Of a stretch of DNA of 64,000 nt, positions 25,922 through 39,077 are shown piece by piece. The translations under genes and the position numbers were made by a program. The stretch comes from Rotaria socialis (Eukaryota), in contig CAJNYD010000117.1 in assembly GCA_905331295.1 (NCBI GenBank), forward strand, positions 186,001-250,000, given 5' to 3'. Position 1 is the first letter of the stretch. The number at the start of each line of letters is the position of its first letter. The notes below the pieces were generated by a model that was not told where the DNA came from, made no database searches, and saw nothing but the letters and a program-made list of their open reading frames with translations.

Positions 25922-28726
25922 ATGAAAATATTTATGAGTCTTAACACTGCTCTATTCATTCTTGTTGTAACAACAACAATTGACGCTTCGCGTATTTTCT
26001 ATCTTCCTTTACCAAAAATACATTCATCACATCAACGAATAGAAACGCCAAAGCCTATTGAAGAAACAACTAAAAAACCAATAAGCGATGAATTTATACC
26101 ACCGTCAGTCATTGAACAAGACGAGATTGAAAGTACGTTTTATTTATTTATTTATTCTTCTCTATTTAACTTTAATTCCAACATTTAGTTTCAAAATAGT
26201 AAAAGGAAAGAAACCCAATCAATCGATTTCCGTTTGTAATATATAACATGTCGGAAAATCTAAATAGATAGAGAATAGAAACAATTACTATCTACGCTGT
26301 GCCTTGCGATAGCCAAATATTTGGTGATGAACTAATAAAAATAATAAAACCAGCTTCTGCTAATAGCTAAAAATAATCGTTGATGAATAATTTTGCTGAA
26401 TATTTCCTTTTGTTTTTCTTTTTTATAGGACGAGGAGACGATTTTGACTGGGAAACATTGATAGATCAAGAAGCGCCAATAAAACGTCGAATAACTGTCA
26501 ATGAAGTTTTACCTGGTAGGAAGAAAAATTTATCGATTTTGAAAATTATTGTTGTTTTTTTTTTAATATAGAAAGCCCTAAATCATTGCCTGAAGGATTT
26601 CCATTTGAGGAACCGATTAAAAGTAAAGTGAACGATGATAGTGAAATACAAGCAACCGTCAACGAAAAATCTCAACTTAATAATCAGCAACTTCTTGAAG
26701 AACCATGGATGGCAGATAGCGCTCATGCACGCGCTGAACGTTTACAGTCGAATCCAGCGCTAAATGCTATTGAAAGAAAACAACGCCGTAATGATACATT
26801 ATTCATTAGTAAGTTTCTATCAAATATAGAAGTTGAAAGAAATAGAATTGCATGACATCAATAGTAATTCATGTTTGAAAGAATTATTTTCTATGAAGAA
26901 ATCGTATAACTACTTATTTCTTTCTCGATTTGAACATGTCGAATGCATTGTAAATAGTTCATAGCCGAGATGGAACTGATCTAGAATTTTGACGACTTAC
27001 ATTGACTACTTTTTCATAGCATTCATTGCAAAAATACGGTAGTTTTCATTGTTAAATTATTAGTAGAAAATTTTCACATGAAGAATATTAGTCTATTTAA
27101 TTAAGAAATTTCCATAATGAAAGTGCTACGGGCAACCTAAAAAGCAGGTCAAATTTTAGAATAAATTAATAAAATGATAGAAAAACAATTAAATAGGAGA
27201 GATTAGAGACCAGCTGTTAACCTATACTGAATCGATCTTGATCTCAGAGCATATCTACTGTCAAAATTTTCATAACAGAAGTTTGATGGAAAATTTTATA
27301 TCCGAGAAAAAAGATTGAATATATTTCTGGACGTCCTAACAAATTTTATTAATTATAATAATTAATATTCTGCAAAGATATCAGATGAAGTGAAAAAAAT
27401 CCAGGATCATTTTTTTAGTATCAAATATCTTGATAAGAAAATATTGACGTAAGATAGTTTATCAGGTATGAAAAACTTCATTTTAACTTCAATTAGTAAA
27501 AAGCAAACGCTCGTGATTATTCAATGCTTCTAGATTTTTATGTAGAAATTTATCTTTGTTGATGAATATTTTTTTATTTTATAGTGGTTGTTGGAACATG
27601 CTGTTTAGTCGGTGTTGTGGGCCTCATTGCGGCAGCTATTTTCTGGTATAAGTAAGTAGCACATCCCGGAATTTTAGAAGAAAAAGATTGAATGATTGTC
27701 GCTTGATTAATCTCTATTCAGAATTAACTAAAGACGATTATAGAAATGAAAAACTCTATAAAATATTTTCTATGTTAACGGAATGTCATTAAAATGAAAA
27801 AAAAACATTTCTGATCTTTGTGAAACGACGACAACGAGTCATGGTGGCAAAGAAAAAGAAAATGTTACACTAATATGATTATTATCATAAAAAGCATTCA
27901 TAAATTTACCCTTACGGCACTTTCCTGTAATAGGAATGTATATAACTTAAAAATGAGCTCCAATTAGTTAATCATGTGTCTTTCAAAAAAATTTTTTTAA
28001 TATTTACGAGTTGTTTTGACAATTTCTAATAAATAGACAGAAAGTGTTTGGTATTAATATAGAATAGAACTCGTTTTCGAGACGATGAATTATTGATCAT
28101 TAATGCGAAATGAGTCAATGCGCGTCTTACGAATGTCAAATATCAAACACAAAGAAATTTTCTTTTTTATTAATAGGATTCAAAAGCGAGCGGAAGCAGC
28201 AATCGATGCAGAATATCCATCGTACGGTGTTACAGGACCTAATTCTACTGTTAGTAAAATCTCGCCGAGTTCAACAATGTCTGATCGAAAATTGGCTCAA
28301 AGTGCACAAATGTTTCATTATCAACAACAACGGCAACAAATGATGGCGCAAGAAAAGTATAATTTATAATATTAACATATTTCTTTTTGGTTTTCATAGT
28401 AAAATGTGTTTCGTTTTCTAATTTTAACAGAGCTCATCTAGATGCAAAACCAGTACATTCAGATGATTCCGACGATGAAGCACCAGCTGGTGGCGATTAT
28501 ACAGTATATGAGTGTCCTGGTCTTGCTCCTGTATGTTCTATAGATATTCTATACGATAATATAATTTTTTCTTTCGCTCTAGACTGGAGAAATGGAAGTT
28601 CGCAATCCGCTGTTTGCTGAACCTGATTCATCATTAATATCATCAACACCGAGCTCAAATCCAGCAATAAACAATCATTATCCTCAACTATCATCATCAC
28701 CAACCAAAGAGAAAGTATTGCCTTGA
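25922..28726 (+). CDS. NPDC1: NPDC1/CAB-1 family membrane protein; exons 25922-26132, 26429-26515, 26572-26808, 27585-27651, 28177-28356, 28431-28530, 28583-28726
   Basis: Signal peptide, TM VVGTCCLVGVVGLIAAAIFWY, and conserved DRKLAQSAQMFHYQQQRQQM and DYTVYECPGLAPTGEMEVRNPLF. All splice phases are consistent. Confidence 0.92.
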
Positions 28727-30146
28727 GAAAATATATTGCATTCAACATTCCCACTCTTCTTGGTGATCGGTCGTCTCTTTTGCTCTTTTTCCCTTCTTCT
28801 TGAATCGTCCAACAGTCTACCGAAATGCATTGGTTATAAGTTTCATTTAATGATTTCAACTTTTTGTGTATCAACAATTCTAACAGTGACAACTTCTCCT
28901 TCTTCTTTAAGACAATAAAAAATAATATACCAGTGAAGTGACCATCACATTAGATTAACTAAACTTATGCGACATACTTTTGATTTACTCAAATCTTTGT
29001 TTGAAGCAAACCTGCAGTATGTGTACTTCCGCCATTAGACACATGTACGACGATATTCTTTTCGCTGAATTACCAAAGGGTTTTTACTGAAAAATTAAAA
29101 CGTACAGTTTCGTCATAGAACGATTTGCTACCAAATAGGATGAGTGAATCTTATAATGCTGATTAGAATTTCATGATATTATTTGATTTATCCTATCAAA
29201 AAACACTTGGTAACTTGAATTTTTGAATACAAATACCGTCGGATGGAAAGTTTACGAAAATAATTTTAATTCAGTTTGACGAAGTGAAACCCTTGATTGT
29301 TACTTGAGAATTTTACCTAAAGTTCACTAAGCACTCGATATGACCCGAGACGTTCGCTACGACTGAGAATGACTCCTTCCTTCATGAACAAATATGAAAG
29401 CATTCATGATTCTACTGACAAAAGAAAGAAATGTCAATGTTTTGATTATCTATATTTACTTCAGCTAAAACTCACGTATACTCATTGAGTTTTTCTCGAA
29501 ACCAACGATTTCATTCATTTATAGAAAACGGTTTTGTTCTCAAAAGACAACAACAGCCTGACTAAATGGATGCAGTAAAAAGAATTTAACGAGTAAATAA
29601 AAAAGTATTTTTAGTAGTAGGCTTGAGATCACATTTATGTTTGTGCTACAAGATCCAAGTCATTATGAGTAGAATCGTTAAGTAATCTTTTTCTTCTTCT
29701 TCTAATAAAACATGATAAAGTGTTTTAATAGTTTGTAACAAAAGGACATTTTCTATATTTGGTAACAATAATGGAATAATTACAAATTTAAAAATATTTC
29801 TCATTCAAAAATGCACTCAATTCATAAATAATACTTTGGATCATTGAAACAATCTACTCATGGCTGTATGTTATGCACTTATTCATTCATGCGCTGACGC
29901 AAGTTACTGTTTTAAATATCTAAACTAAAACAAAAAGACATTTTTTCTATTGAATTAAAAAAAGATAAAAATTTGCGATAGTTCACTAGAAAATTTAACC
30001 ATGATCTTCTATTAAATGAGTTCCTCCTTGATTCAACTGATGTAAGCCTTATGCATAGTATTTATTATGAAATAAAATGAAGGATGTAAATATTTAAAAA
30101 AAAAACTTGTTCAGACTACACCACACAGCAAGCGCGCATTTATGAT

Positions 30147-31081
30147 TTAGTCTATGTCGATTAATTGAACTAGGCTGTTTTGGCACAATAACCAGCTGTT
30201 TGATTGTTGCATAAGTTATCATAGCAGCATAAATAATGTTTAGCATCGCATTTTAGATTTTTATCGAGTGATTCACCAAATCCGAAACCACCACGAGCAA
30301 CAGCAGTACCGGTTTTGGGATCGAATTTCTATTTTAATTTAGAAAAAAACAAAAGATTCAGAAATAATGTTTTTGTTTGATTTCATACCGTATAACAGTA
30401 TAAATTCTTGCCACCGAAAGCACCTGATGTACGGATTTCAGATCCGTCAAGTTTTTCTGGTTTACAGCCTTCAGCACCTTTACATTGATAACACGCTTTT
30501 ACTTCTTTCTTTGTTGATATTTTAGCTACATGAGGAATGTTTTCGTTGATTTTTGAATATAGAAATAGGACAATAAGAATACAAACCTGGTGGTGGACAA
30601 GGAGCTTTGGTATGTTTGTTACAGAAAGCTGTTCGACAACATGTATGAAAACGATCTCGACATTTGAAATTTTTGTCATACGTTTCGCCAAGTCCATAGG
30701 CACCTCGTTTAATAACAGCTCCGGATTCGTTGAATCGCTTGAAAAGCAAAAAAACGATTTTGCTCGTAAAATATAGCAAGAGAATTTAGGGAAATACTAC
30801 CGTATAACATGTTAAAACAGCAGCGCCGAAAGCTCGTGACGTTTTTGAAGCATATTTTTCAAATGGTACACCATTACATTTGGTTATTTTTTCACCGAAA
30901 ATTTTCAATTTACTGGATGGATTTTTATCGTCACATTGATAACAAATCTTAGCTCCAGCAATGTCCAAGCAAATGAAAACTACTGTATTAAACGTCAATA
31001 TGCGAAATAGAAATATTTATGTTTTCTACAAAGAAACTTACAGTAAAAAACAGTAGTGAGCAAAGCTAGTTTATTTATCAT
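30147..31081 (-). CDS. Secreted protein with two tandem Ly6/three-finger-like domains (5 exons)
   Basis: Signal peptide MINKLALLTTVFYFFICLDIAGA. Domain 1 CYQC...CYT/RF..RGAYGLGE..C..CCRTAFCN. Domain 2 CYQC..C..CYT/KF..RGGFGFGE..C..CCYDNLCN. An intron follows CYT in both. Confidence 0.8.
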
Positions 31082-31481
31082 CTTATTCAACGTAAGGATG
31101 TGCTGCTATATTCTGAATATGATTTAGGCTTATAGATGGATAAAAGAAAACAGTTGCTAGCTATATTATATGTATTTTCCTCCTCCTCCGTAACGCTAAT
31201 ATCAACACTAATAAGATAAGCGTCAAGGTCTCCATCGGAAAACGACCTATTGAGTATCATATACGTAACGAGACCATAACTGCCCGATAGCAAGACGCAT
31301 GTTGTGCCACTCAGAGAATATATGATGATAGATAATAGATTAGTTTTTTCTTAGATACATACAGTAGACTGAATCAAGTGTAATTTGTTTATACTTTTTT
31401 GTATTTTTTCATATCATGTGTATAACATAAGAAGAGAAGAAAACTTAAAAAGAACAAAAAACAAGAATATATGATTGTCTA

Positions 31482-33994
31482 TCATGGTGATTTGCGTAGA
31501 GATGAACCCTAAAATGCAGAAAGAGACTGAAAAATATACTAAGATGAGAAAGAAAAACGCTTACAAATACTGGCGGACCTTTACGAAATAAACAACACGT
31601 GCCACGACCAGCACCACCGATAAGTTGTAATGTTCGAATTTTCATTAGATTTTTCCTATAAACACATAAATAGAATATGGAGACGATAATCTAGAAAAAG
31701 CCACTTCATCTAATAACCGCACATGAAAATAGAGATAAGAAGGCTAAATAAATCTAACTTTGATGCACGTGCTCTATAGATAAATAGAGAACATATTTAC
31801 GTATATGAACTACAATCGTCTATCGTCATAGGGGGAAACTTATTTTTAGATGATTTCATAATTTATGTCATGTAATATGCAAATATAGTGAGGTCAAGCA
31901 AACACACTAGTGCACAAACAAGTATAGAATAGTTTCGACTGCAGTGATATTTAGTTAATAATGTCACATTTTTCTTACCATGACTAAGATTTAACGTCAG
32001 CGTTAGAACATAATTGTTTCTAACTGGCCAGATTATATTATGATACTGTACGTGTCTTTAATTTAGGGCTTTCTGCCGACCCCTTCGGGTAAATTAATGT
32101 CATTGATGACAAATTGATGCCAAATTAATTGCTCAAAGCACGTAATTATATAGAAACGACAAGAACTATCATCTGCAAAGAAAATATTTGTCGAAATAGA
32201 TTAATAATCTGGTCATGCTATTCATCTTAAGTCGATATTTTCAACGCACATGGCATTATGTGATATCAAAATACTAACTGAATACTAAACTATCACAACT
32301 TTATTTTGAATTCTGGGCATTTTAAGAAATCTCTAAATATTACCTCACTTTTTGCTACATCAGCTTTGATAATTCCGAAAAACTTTTTCTCCACGAATGC
32401 GCTCAGTTTCTTATGCAGACAATGTCAATGCACATTATAAAGCGTTAAAGTGAATATACTTATTCGAGATCATTTAAAAATCGGCGAAAACAAATCTTAT
32501 CTATGCATTTGAAAAATTGCATTTTTCTACTGAATTATTTATCTTGATCAATGAGTCCTATAAAAGCTTGTCATCAATCATATCGGTTTAGGATGCGAGA
32601 GTGATCGAACATAGAGAGTAGAATTTTACTGTTTTTAAAAATATAAAAGCGGCTTTATTGACTTCCTGTGATATTTTGAAGGGGCGAAAACACGCCCATT
32701 GAATTAGACTTGATTTATTCGCATGAAAAAGTTTTGTTCAATCATGTAAACTAATTAAACTTTTTCCAGTAGTATGCGTTAAGTCATTTTTGTTCTTTTG
32801 CCTATTTTTAGCTACAACTAGAATATTTGAACTTAGCAAATTAAAGTCAACTATTAGTATCAATATATATATATATTGTTTCAAATTTTTCAAGTAGCAA
32901 TCCTGTCAAAGTAAAACTCACGTTAATTCATCTGTTTCGACCGGATGAATCAAACCATCATTAGCGTGTTCTTTGAAAGCATCTTGAATAGAATAAAATG
33001 AAATTACTTTTTTCTCTTCCCGTAAAATTACACTATAAACATACGTGCTTGTTTGCTAACCGATAGAGCTGTGTTAAAGCTATTTTTTATTATTAACTGA
33101 CTCGTTTCTTCGACAGGTTGAAGTTGGCAAGAATCATTCTCAATATCTTTATGTTGTTTCGCATGTAAATACGGAGTATGCGATGGTGAACTCGACGATC
33201 TTCTCAATAGAATATCCAAAACTTGAAAAAAGAGAAATATCAAACAACAGAAAATACGAACTGAGCCAAAGTTGATTGTTCCCTGAAAATAAAAAGTGAT
33301 AAATAATCTATGATAGGCAATATTTTGATTTGTTTACTTGACTGCAGCCGTTTTTTCTCGTCGTTCGCGAATATCATCTAATGAAAATCATGAGTCATAT
33401 GAACAAAAATTTACAAAAAGAAACAAAGCCGGATTCATACCATCCCAATCTTCAGTAACAGTCACATCATTAAACATTTTCCAATCGGTTGGCGCTGATG
33501 ATCGGCGACAATTATCAATCCAAGGTTGACTTGGTGCTTGAAAATAGATATGAATATTTTCTATCCTACTCAAATGACTTCTCAATGGACAAAACTTACA
33601 ATCATCGGACAGACCAATTAGAACAGTACTTCTGTCGATTGCATCAGGACATGTTGACATATGACTGAGTAAATCGTTTGGTGTTGTTAAATGATTTGCA
33701 TTAAAAACACAACGAACACGACGAATATGAGGATTCGCCTAGACAAATCAAATTCATATATTACGACAGATGATGAAGGGATGTATAGATATGTTTTAGA
33801 ATAGAAATACCCAAAATATTCTTAACTTACAATTGTACATCGTCGAATATGATATTGAAATCGTTTTGCAAGTACTTGATGATTAAGATCGATTGGACAA
33901 CGCCAAAAATCTATTATCGAAAAACATATCCGATATTCTGAATCAATTTCAAAAAGATTAGTTTACCATCGGGACACAAATAGAGACTCGACAT
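31482..33994 (-). CDS. GTSF1: Gametocyte-specific factor 1/Asterix-like protein (two CHHC zinc fingers; ~10 exons, middle and 3' exons less certain)
   Basis: MSSLYLCPD/DFWRCPIDLNHQVLAKRFQYHIRRCTI/ANPHIRRVRCVFNANHLTTPNDLLSHMSTCPD gives tandem U11-48K CHHC fingers. An acidic/Trp region (TEDWD) follows, and downstream exons can be phased to ...GGAGRG...GSSLRKSP*. Confidence 0.8.
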
Positions 33995-34403
33995 TTGCTT
34001 AAATTTTATATATCGTTCCTATTGAAAAAATATATATATATGCGAACAAGTGACTGACAAAGGAAAAGAAAATTAATACTGCGCAGAAAAGAAAATCAGA
34101 AACTTGATGTTCACGTGTTACGTCGAGGGCCTCAAGTGAAATTACGTGATATAGTAGAATAACATGAATTTATATAATTACGTTACCACAAGATCGTGTT
34201 ACAGGAGAAAAAAAACAATCAACTATTTGAAGAATCTCGACAACAAAGATCCGTATGTTTGATTAAACAAATCTCAATCTGAAGCCGTTCTAGGTTTTGC
34301 ATCACTTTCAGGAAATGATTGGTACTTCTTACATTTCGCATACAAATTTCAATATACACGTGGTTCGAAATAATAATCGTGATAGTACAAAGAAATGCCT
34401 GAT

Positions 34404-34478
34404 AAAATTGATTTTTATTATTTTACAGATACCATAAAAATTGATTTTTATTATTTTACAGATACCATAAAAATTGAT
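34404..34478. repeat. 33-bp tandem duplication (~2.3 copies)
   Basis: AAAATTGATTTTTATTATTTTACAGATACCATA repeated directly. Confidence 0.85.
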
Positions 34479-35203
34479 CTGTTGAATTTAGTACGGCAAA
34501 ATTTGAATTAAAGATAAGTGTAAGTACTAAGATCATATATATATATCCGTATTTGAGCTTTTCTTCGAACTAAAATGATGAATTCAATGATAAGATTTTT
34601 ACTTTAAAACTGAATTACGTAAACTCTATGTAACGTACAGATGTTTCTTGAAGATCATGAGATAACATCAGAAGTATTGTCCTTTTTTCTCATGATGTAA
34701 AGAAATATTTGTTACCACTCAGCTTTGAGTGATAAGACTCTAAAAAAACTTTTTTTCTCATATATTCATCAAAAAAAGAAACCCACATGAACAATTAAAG
34801 TAGGCCATGTCTTGTATTTCACTTGGAACTGAATTCGGTTCAATGCATACCAACTAGCCATAGACATTTGTTTGACAATTGATGATTATGAATTGTCAAT
34901 AGAAAAGAAAAACCTAGAAATAAACGTCTCAAAAAGCATGTTTATCAACTTGTCTTAAATTACCTTTTCAATCAAAGATACAAAGCAATAAATTGACAAT
35001 GGTATTAAATGGCACTATTCTTCGTTCATGCTTAGACACGTATAAAATTGTAAACTATCAACGCTACAAAAGTTTAGTGTCAAATATCATTTCGACAACT
35101 TTGTTTATACGTGTTGAGTAATTTGAATCTCGTATTTACTGATGAATTACTACGAATAGAAGCAAAATTCAATGGTTCATTTGATAGAAAATTTTCACTA
35201 AGA

Positions 35204-36568
35204 ATGACGATGTTGTTTTACACGGTCGTAATCATCTTTTTATTATCTCTACTTATGCCGATGTGCTTATCATTTGATAATACGGCTCGACTGTACGATT
35301 CATTTGCAGAAATTCATCAAGAATACACTGGACCCATGCGGTTTCAACAAAACGATTGGAATAATATCAAACATGAAAGTATCCTATTAAGATCATCCTC
35401 AGACAACAACGCCAATGAAACTATTACTCTATTCGAACGACGAGTCTTACGCATTGCCATGAACATGACAGGTTGCGTATAAAACGACGAACACAAATTT
35501 ATGTTGATTATCGAAATGTTTTTTTTTCTAGGTAAAAACGTTCTTGTACGTCGATATCCGGAACATAAAAAACCGGTTGTCTGTGAAATAATTAATGAAG
35601 ATTATAGTTATTCACTTGTACGTGAAATTGAAACCGGACATTATTTTCGTGTCCAATCGAATCTTATCGAATATACTGACGAACCACAACCCAATACAAT
35701 CTATGAAGTTTCGTTTCATCCACTACCGGCCAATGATACTTTCATTGTTAGTTATGTTATTAAAAATATTCGTTGGCAAGCACGTTATACACTTCAAACA
35801 TATCCTGATCGTTCGACGCGTTTTCAAATTATAGTTGATATTATTAATTCAAGCCCATTGAATTTTCATTTTAATCAAACTCATCTAATGGCAGGCGACA
35901 TCGATCTTACATTTGGTACAAGTTCATCATTAGTTGATTCAAAAACGCAAACAAAAGACGATATTGATTACAGTGGTATTAATCTATTTACATGTATCAA
36001 TAGTTCACTCGCAATCGATCCTTATTCTATACTGACACTACCGATTGAATCGCCTAATATTCAAATTAAAACTATTTTTACGTATAATCTTATTATAAGT
36101 ATACCATCGCTGGTATTAAGTAATACAACATCGATGATTTCAAATAAGCATAAATTACAACGTGTTTATCAAATATCCAATAGTTCATTATTTTTACCAA
36201 CTGGTCATTTGATGCTCTATGATTCATCGTTGAATGTTCTCACTGGCGAATGGCATTTACCGACATTAACTGAATTCGAAAAATATGAATTTAAACTAGG
36301 TGAAGATCCCGATATTATGCTTGAATATAATCGTACAGCAACCAATGATCAAAAAACGAATTCATCAATCATAACAACAAATGTTCTAATTCAAAATTAT
36401 AAACAACGTCCAATAAATATTCGATTTAAATCGACATGTGAATCATCGATGATTTGTCTATATTATGATGATAAAGCACGTTCACTTGGATCGCGTCTAA
36501 ATTATGAACTTTATCTTAAACCAAAGTCCGAAGTACTATTTTCATTTACGACCATAAGACTTCTTTAG
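35204..36568 (+). CDS. Secreted DUF4139-like protein; exons 35204-35471, 35532-36568
   Basis: Signal peptide, then RLYDSFAEI, SYVIKNIRWQARYTL, DIIN, HLMAGDI, FLPTG and FKLGEDPDI, which resemble bacterial DUF4139 proteins. One 60-bp intron joins the two ORFs. Confidence 0.7.
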
Positions 36569-36698
36569 TTTGAATTTTGTTTTTCTCTGCGTGAAATTTA
36601 TCTCGATAACTCATTGTTCGTTTGATATTTGCTGATGTGTAAAACACTTGATAAATGAATGATACAGTTGTAACGGAAGAAATAAAAGTAGAATTTAT

Positions 36699-36718
36699 TA
36701 GAGAGAGAGAGAGAGAGA
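36699..36718. repeat. (AG)n microsatellite
   Basis: AGAGAGAGAGAGAGAGAG. Confidence 0.9.
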
Positions 36719-37005
36719 AGAAGAAAAAACAAGCATCGATAAGAATATATTACCATGCAAATGTGAAGAATAATCTTGGAATGTAATTTTGCTTCTTGTA
36801 ATCATAAAAAAATAAAGAGAAGATAAGTGCACGGTTACAACGAAAACATGTTTTTTTTCTCCGTCAGGTATATATGTGCGTATACATCTCCTCCTATCGG
36901 CCGACGATAGGTAAAGTATAGAATATATAAGAGTTTATCAAACGAAGAACTCTAGGCAGTATAAGTTCACTTGATTGTTTGTAACAAAAGCAACCAGATA
37001 ATTTA

Positions 37006-38124
37006 ATGATAAAAATGATGGCAAGAATTAATTTAAGAGCAGCAGCAAACAATGATTGTATTATAACTGATGATGGTGACGAGGACCCATATAATTTAGA
37101 TCTTCATATTGTATCGGTTTTTGTTCTATTAATTGTATCTTTATTGGGCACTGTTTTTTCAATTATTACGACGCGCATTGAACGCTTACGTATCAATCCG
37201 ATTATAATCGAGACAGGAAAATTTTTCGGTAGTGGGTACGTTGAAAATGCATCAAACAATAAACGAAAGAAATATTTTTACCATCTATTTTCTAGAGTCG
37301 TATTAGCAACAGGTTTCATTCATATGTTACCACCTGCAATGGAAGCCTTAACACATCCTTGTTTGCCAGATTCATGGAATGTCTATAGTGCTTATGCTGG
37401 TCTCTTTGCTATGTTAGCTGCACTTGTAATGCAATTTATTGAGTTCTCTGCTCATCAACGATATCAATCCAGAGTTCAACCAATATTCAATAATAAAAAT
37501 GGTGAATCTAAAAACCAAGAAAACACTGAAATGGACTGTTCAGTAAGTCGGAATGGGACTATATCTGCACAATGCGATAATACAATTAATCATCATCACC
37601 ATCACCACCATGGCGCTGCTTTTCATGATGATAATCAATCCAACAAAATAAGTACATATCTACTTGAATTTGGTATAGCTCTTCATTCAATTCTCATCGG
37701 TGTAACGTTGGGCGCCACTAGTGAATCTTTTGTTGCTCTATTTATTGCACTTGGTTTTCATCAATTTTTTGAAGCAATTGCATTGGGTGCACAAATTGCT
37801 CGTCTAGATCGTATTTCATTACAGTCCATTATTCTTATGGTTGTAGTTTTTGTATTAACAACTCCAGTTGGAATTGCTATCGGCATTGGCATACATTTTA
37901 CAGCATATAATCCCGATTCAGTAGCCGCATTGCTTATCAATGGTATTCTAGATTCAGTCTCTGCCGGTATTCTTATATATGTAGCTCTTGTTAATTTAAT
38001 CACAGCTGAAATGGGACCCGGAGCTCGTTCTTTTCATTCATTAAGCAAACGATTAAAACTATTATATTTTGTTTCATTATATGCCGGTGTCGCAGCCATG
38101 GCAGTTGTAGGAAGATGGGCTTAA
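37006..38124 (+). CDS. ZIP family (Zrt/Irt-type) zinc/iron permease; in-frame 60-bp intron 37236-37295
   Basis: GKFFGSG/VVLATGFIHML, His-rich loop HHHHHHH, LLEFGIALHSILIGVTLG, FHQFFEAIALG, GILDSVSAGILIYVALV and C-terminal VGRWA. Confidence 0.95.
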   Translation: MIKMMARINLRAAANNDCIITDDGDEDPYNLDLHIVSVFVLLIVSLLGTVFSIITTRIERLRINPIIIETGKFFGSGYVENASNNKRKKYFYHLFSRVVLATGFIHMLPPAMEALTHPCLPDSWNVYSAYAGLFAMLAALVMQFIEFSAHQRYQSRVQPIFNNKNGESKNQENTEMDCSVSRNGTISAQCDNTINHHHHHHHGAAFHDDNQSNKISTYLLEFGIALHSILIGVTLGATSESFVALFIALGFHQFFEAIALGAQIARLDRISLQSIILMVVVFVLTTPVGIAIGIGIHFTAYNPDSVAALLINGILDSVSAGILIYVALVNLITAEMGPGARSFHSLSKRLKLLYFVSLYAGVAAMAVVGRWA

Positions 38125-39077
38125 ACATTAAAAAAAAAACTTTGTTCTATTCTCTATTGTCACTCTGGTGAATAATTATTTGAAAAAAAATTAGCAGTTT
38201 TCTAATGTACATACCCATTGACTATCTCAAAAGGAATCGACGACTTTGTCCGCATCATTCGAAGGACTTATTTCTATCGATAATTCAAACATATGACACT
38301 CCTTATATATCGTAAAATGCTTGTGTTTATTCGAATTTCGGGGTGCCGGTATCTAATAGTGTGCACCCCTGTTCGCGTTCTTATCTAAACAGAAACAAAA
38401 AAGGTTTTCTTAAACTTGATCAACGAAAATACAACTTGCTTGTAACATACAGATCTTGAGCCGTGCTCAAAATTTATTACACACGAAATCTTTTTTCACA
38501 TATATTAGTTTCATTGTGAAATGATGTTTCTGAATATTCTATAGTCAACTTAACTTGCTTGCTTATGAATTTATAATAGTTCAAGTTTGTCTGTTCAAAC
38601 GAAAATTAAATTTTACAATGCAAATCATATCCATAAGCTGATTTCGTTTAATAAAAAAAAACGAATTCATTGTATCCAAATTCGAAAACATCTGATATTT
38701 TTCGAAAACAATATTTTGATCGACATATAAACAGATAAGAAAAAGCCGAGGAACTGACATTTCAAAGTCCAAATTTATTTCTCTGAAGATAAGTTTATGC
38801 TCTTAGTGAGTTATCAGTACATTTACACTATATACTTAAAAGAGCGAGAAGCATCAAAAATTGCCATAGTAATCATTCAATTGAGCGATTCCGACATACT
38901 CGTTCTTATCACGCCGATTACAACCGCATAGCTCCGATATGCACACCTATTTCAAAATCAATAGAATACATTCATTTTTCAAGTCACAACTCGTATATTT
39001 ATGTGAAAAAATTTATTGAAGTGACTAAGTAGAAACGAAGAATTAAAAAAGTTAGAGAAAAATACACATAAGGCAGA

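Noticed and set aside
37761..38003. Antisense or alternate-frame ORFs over real genes (also 52231-52533, 28497-28892, 30537-30776)
   Set aside because: Shadow frames of well-supported coding regions.
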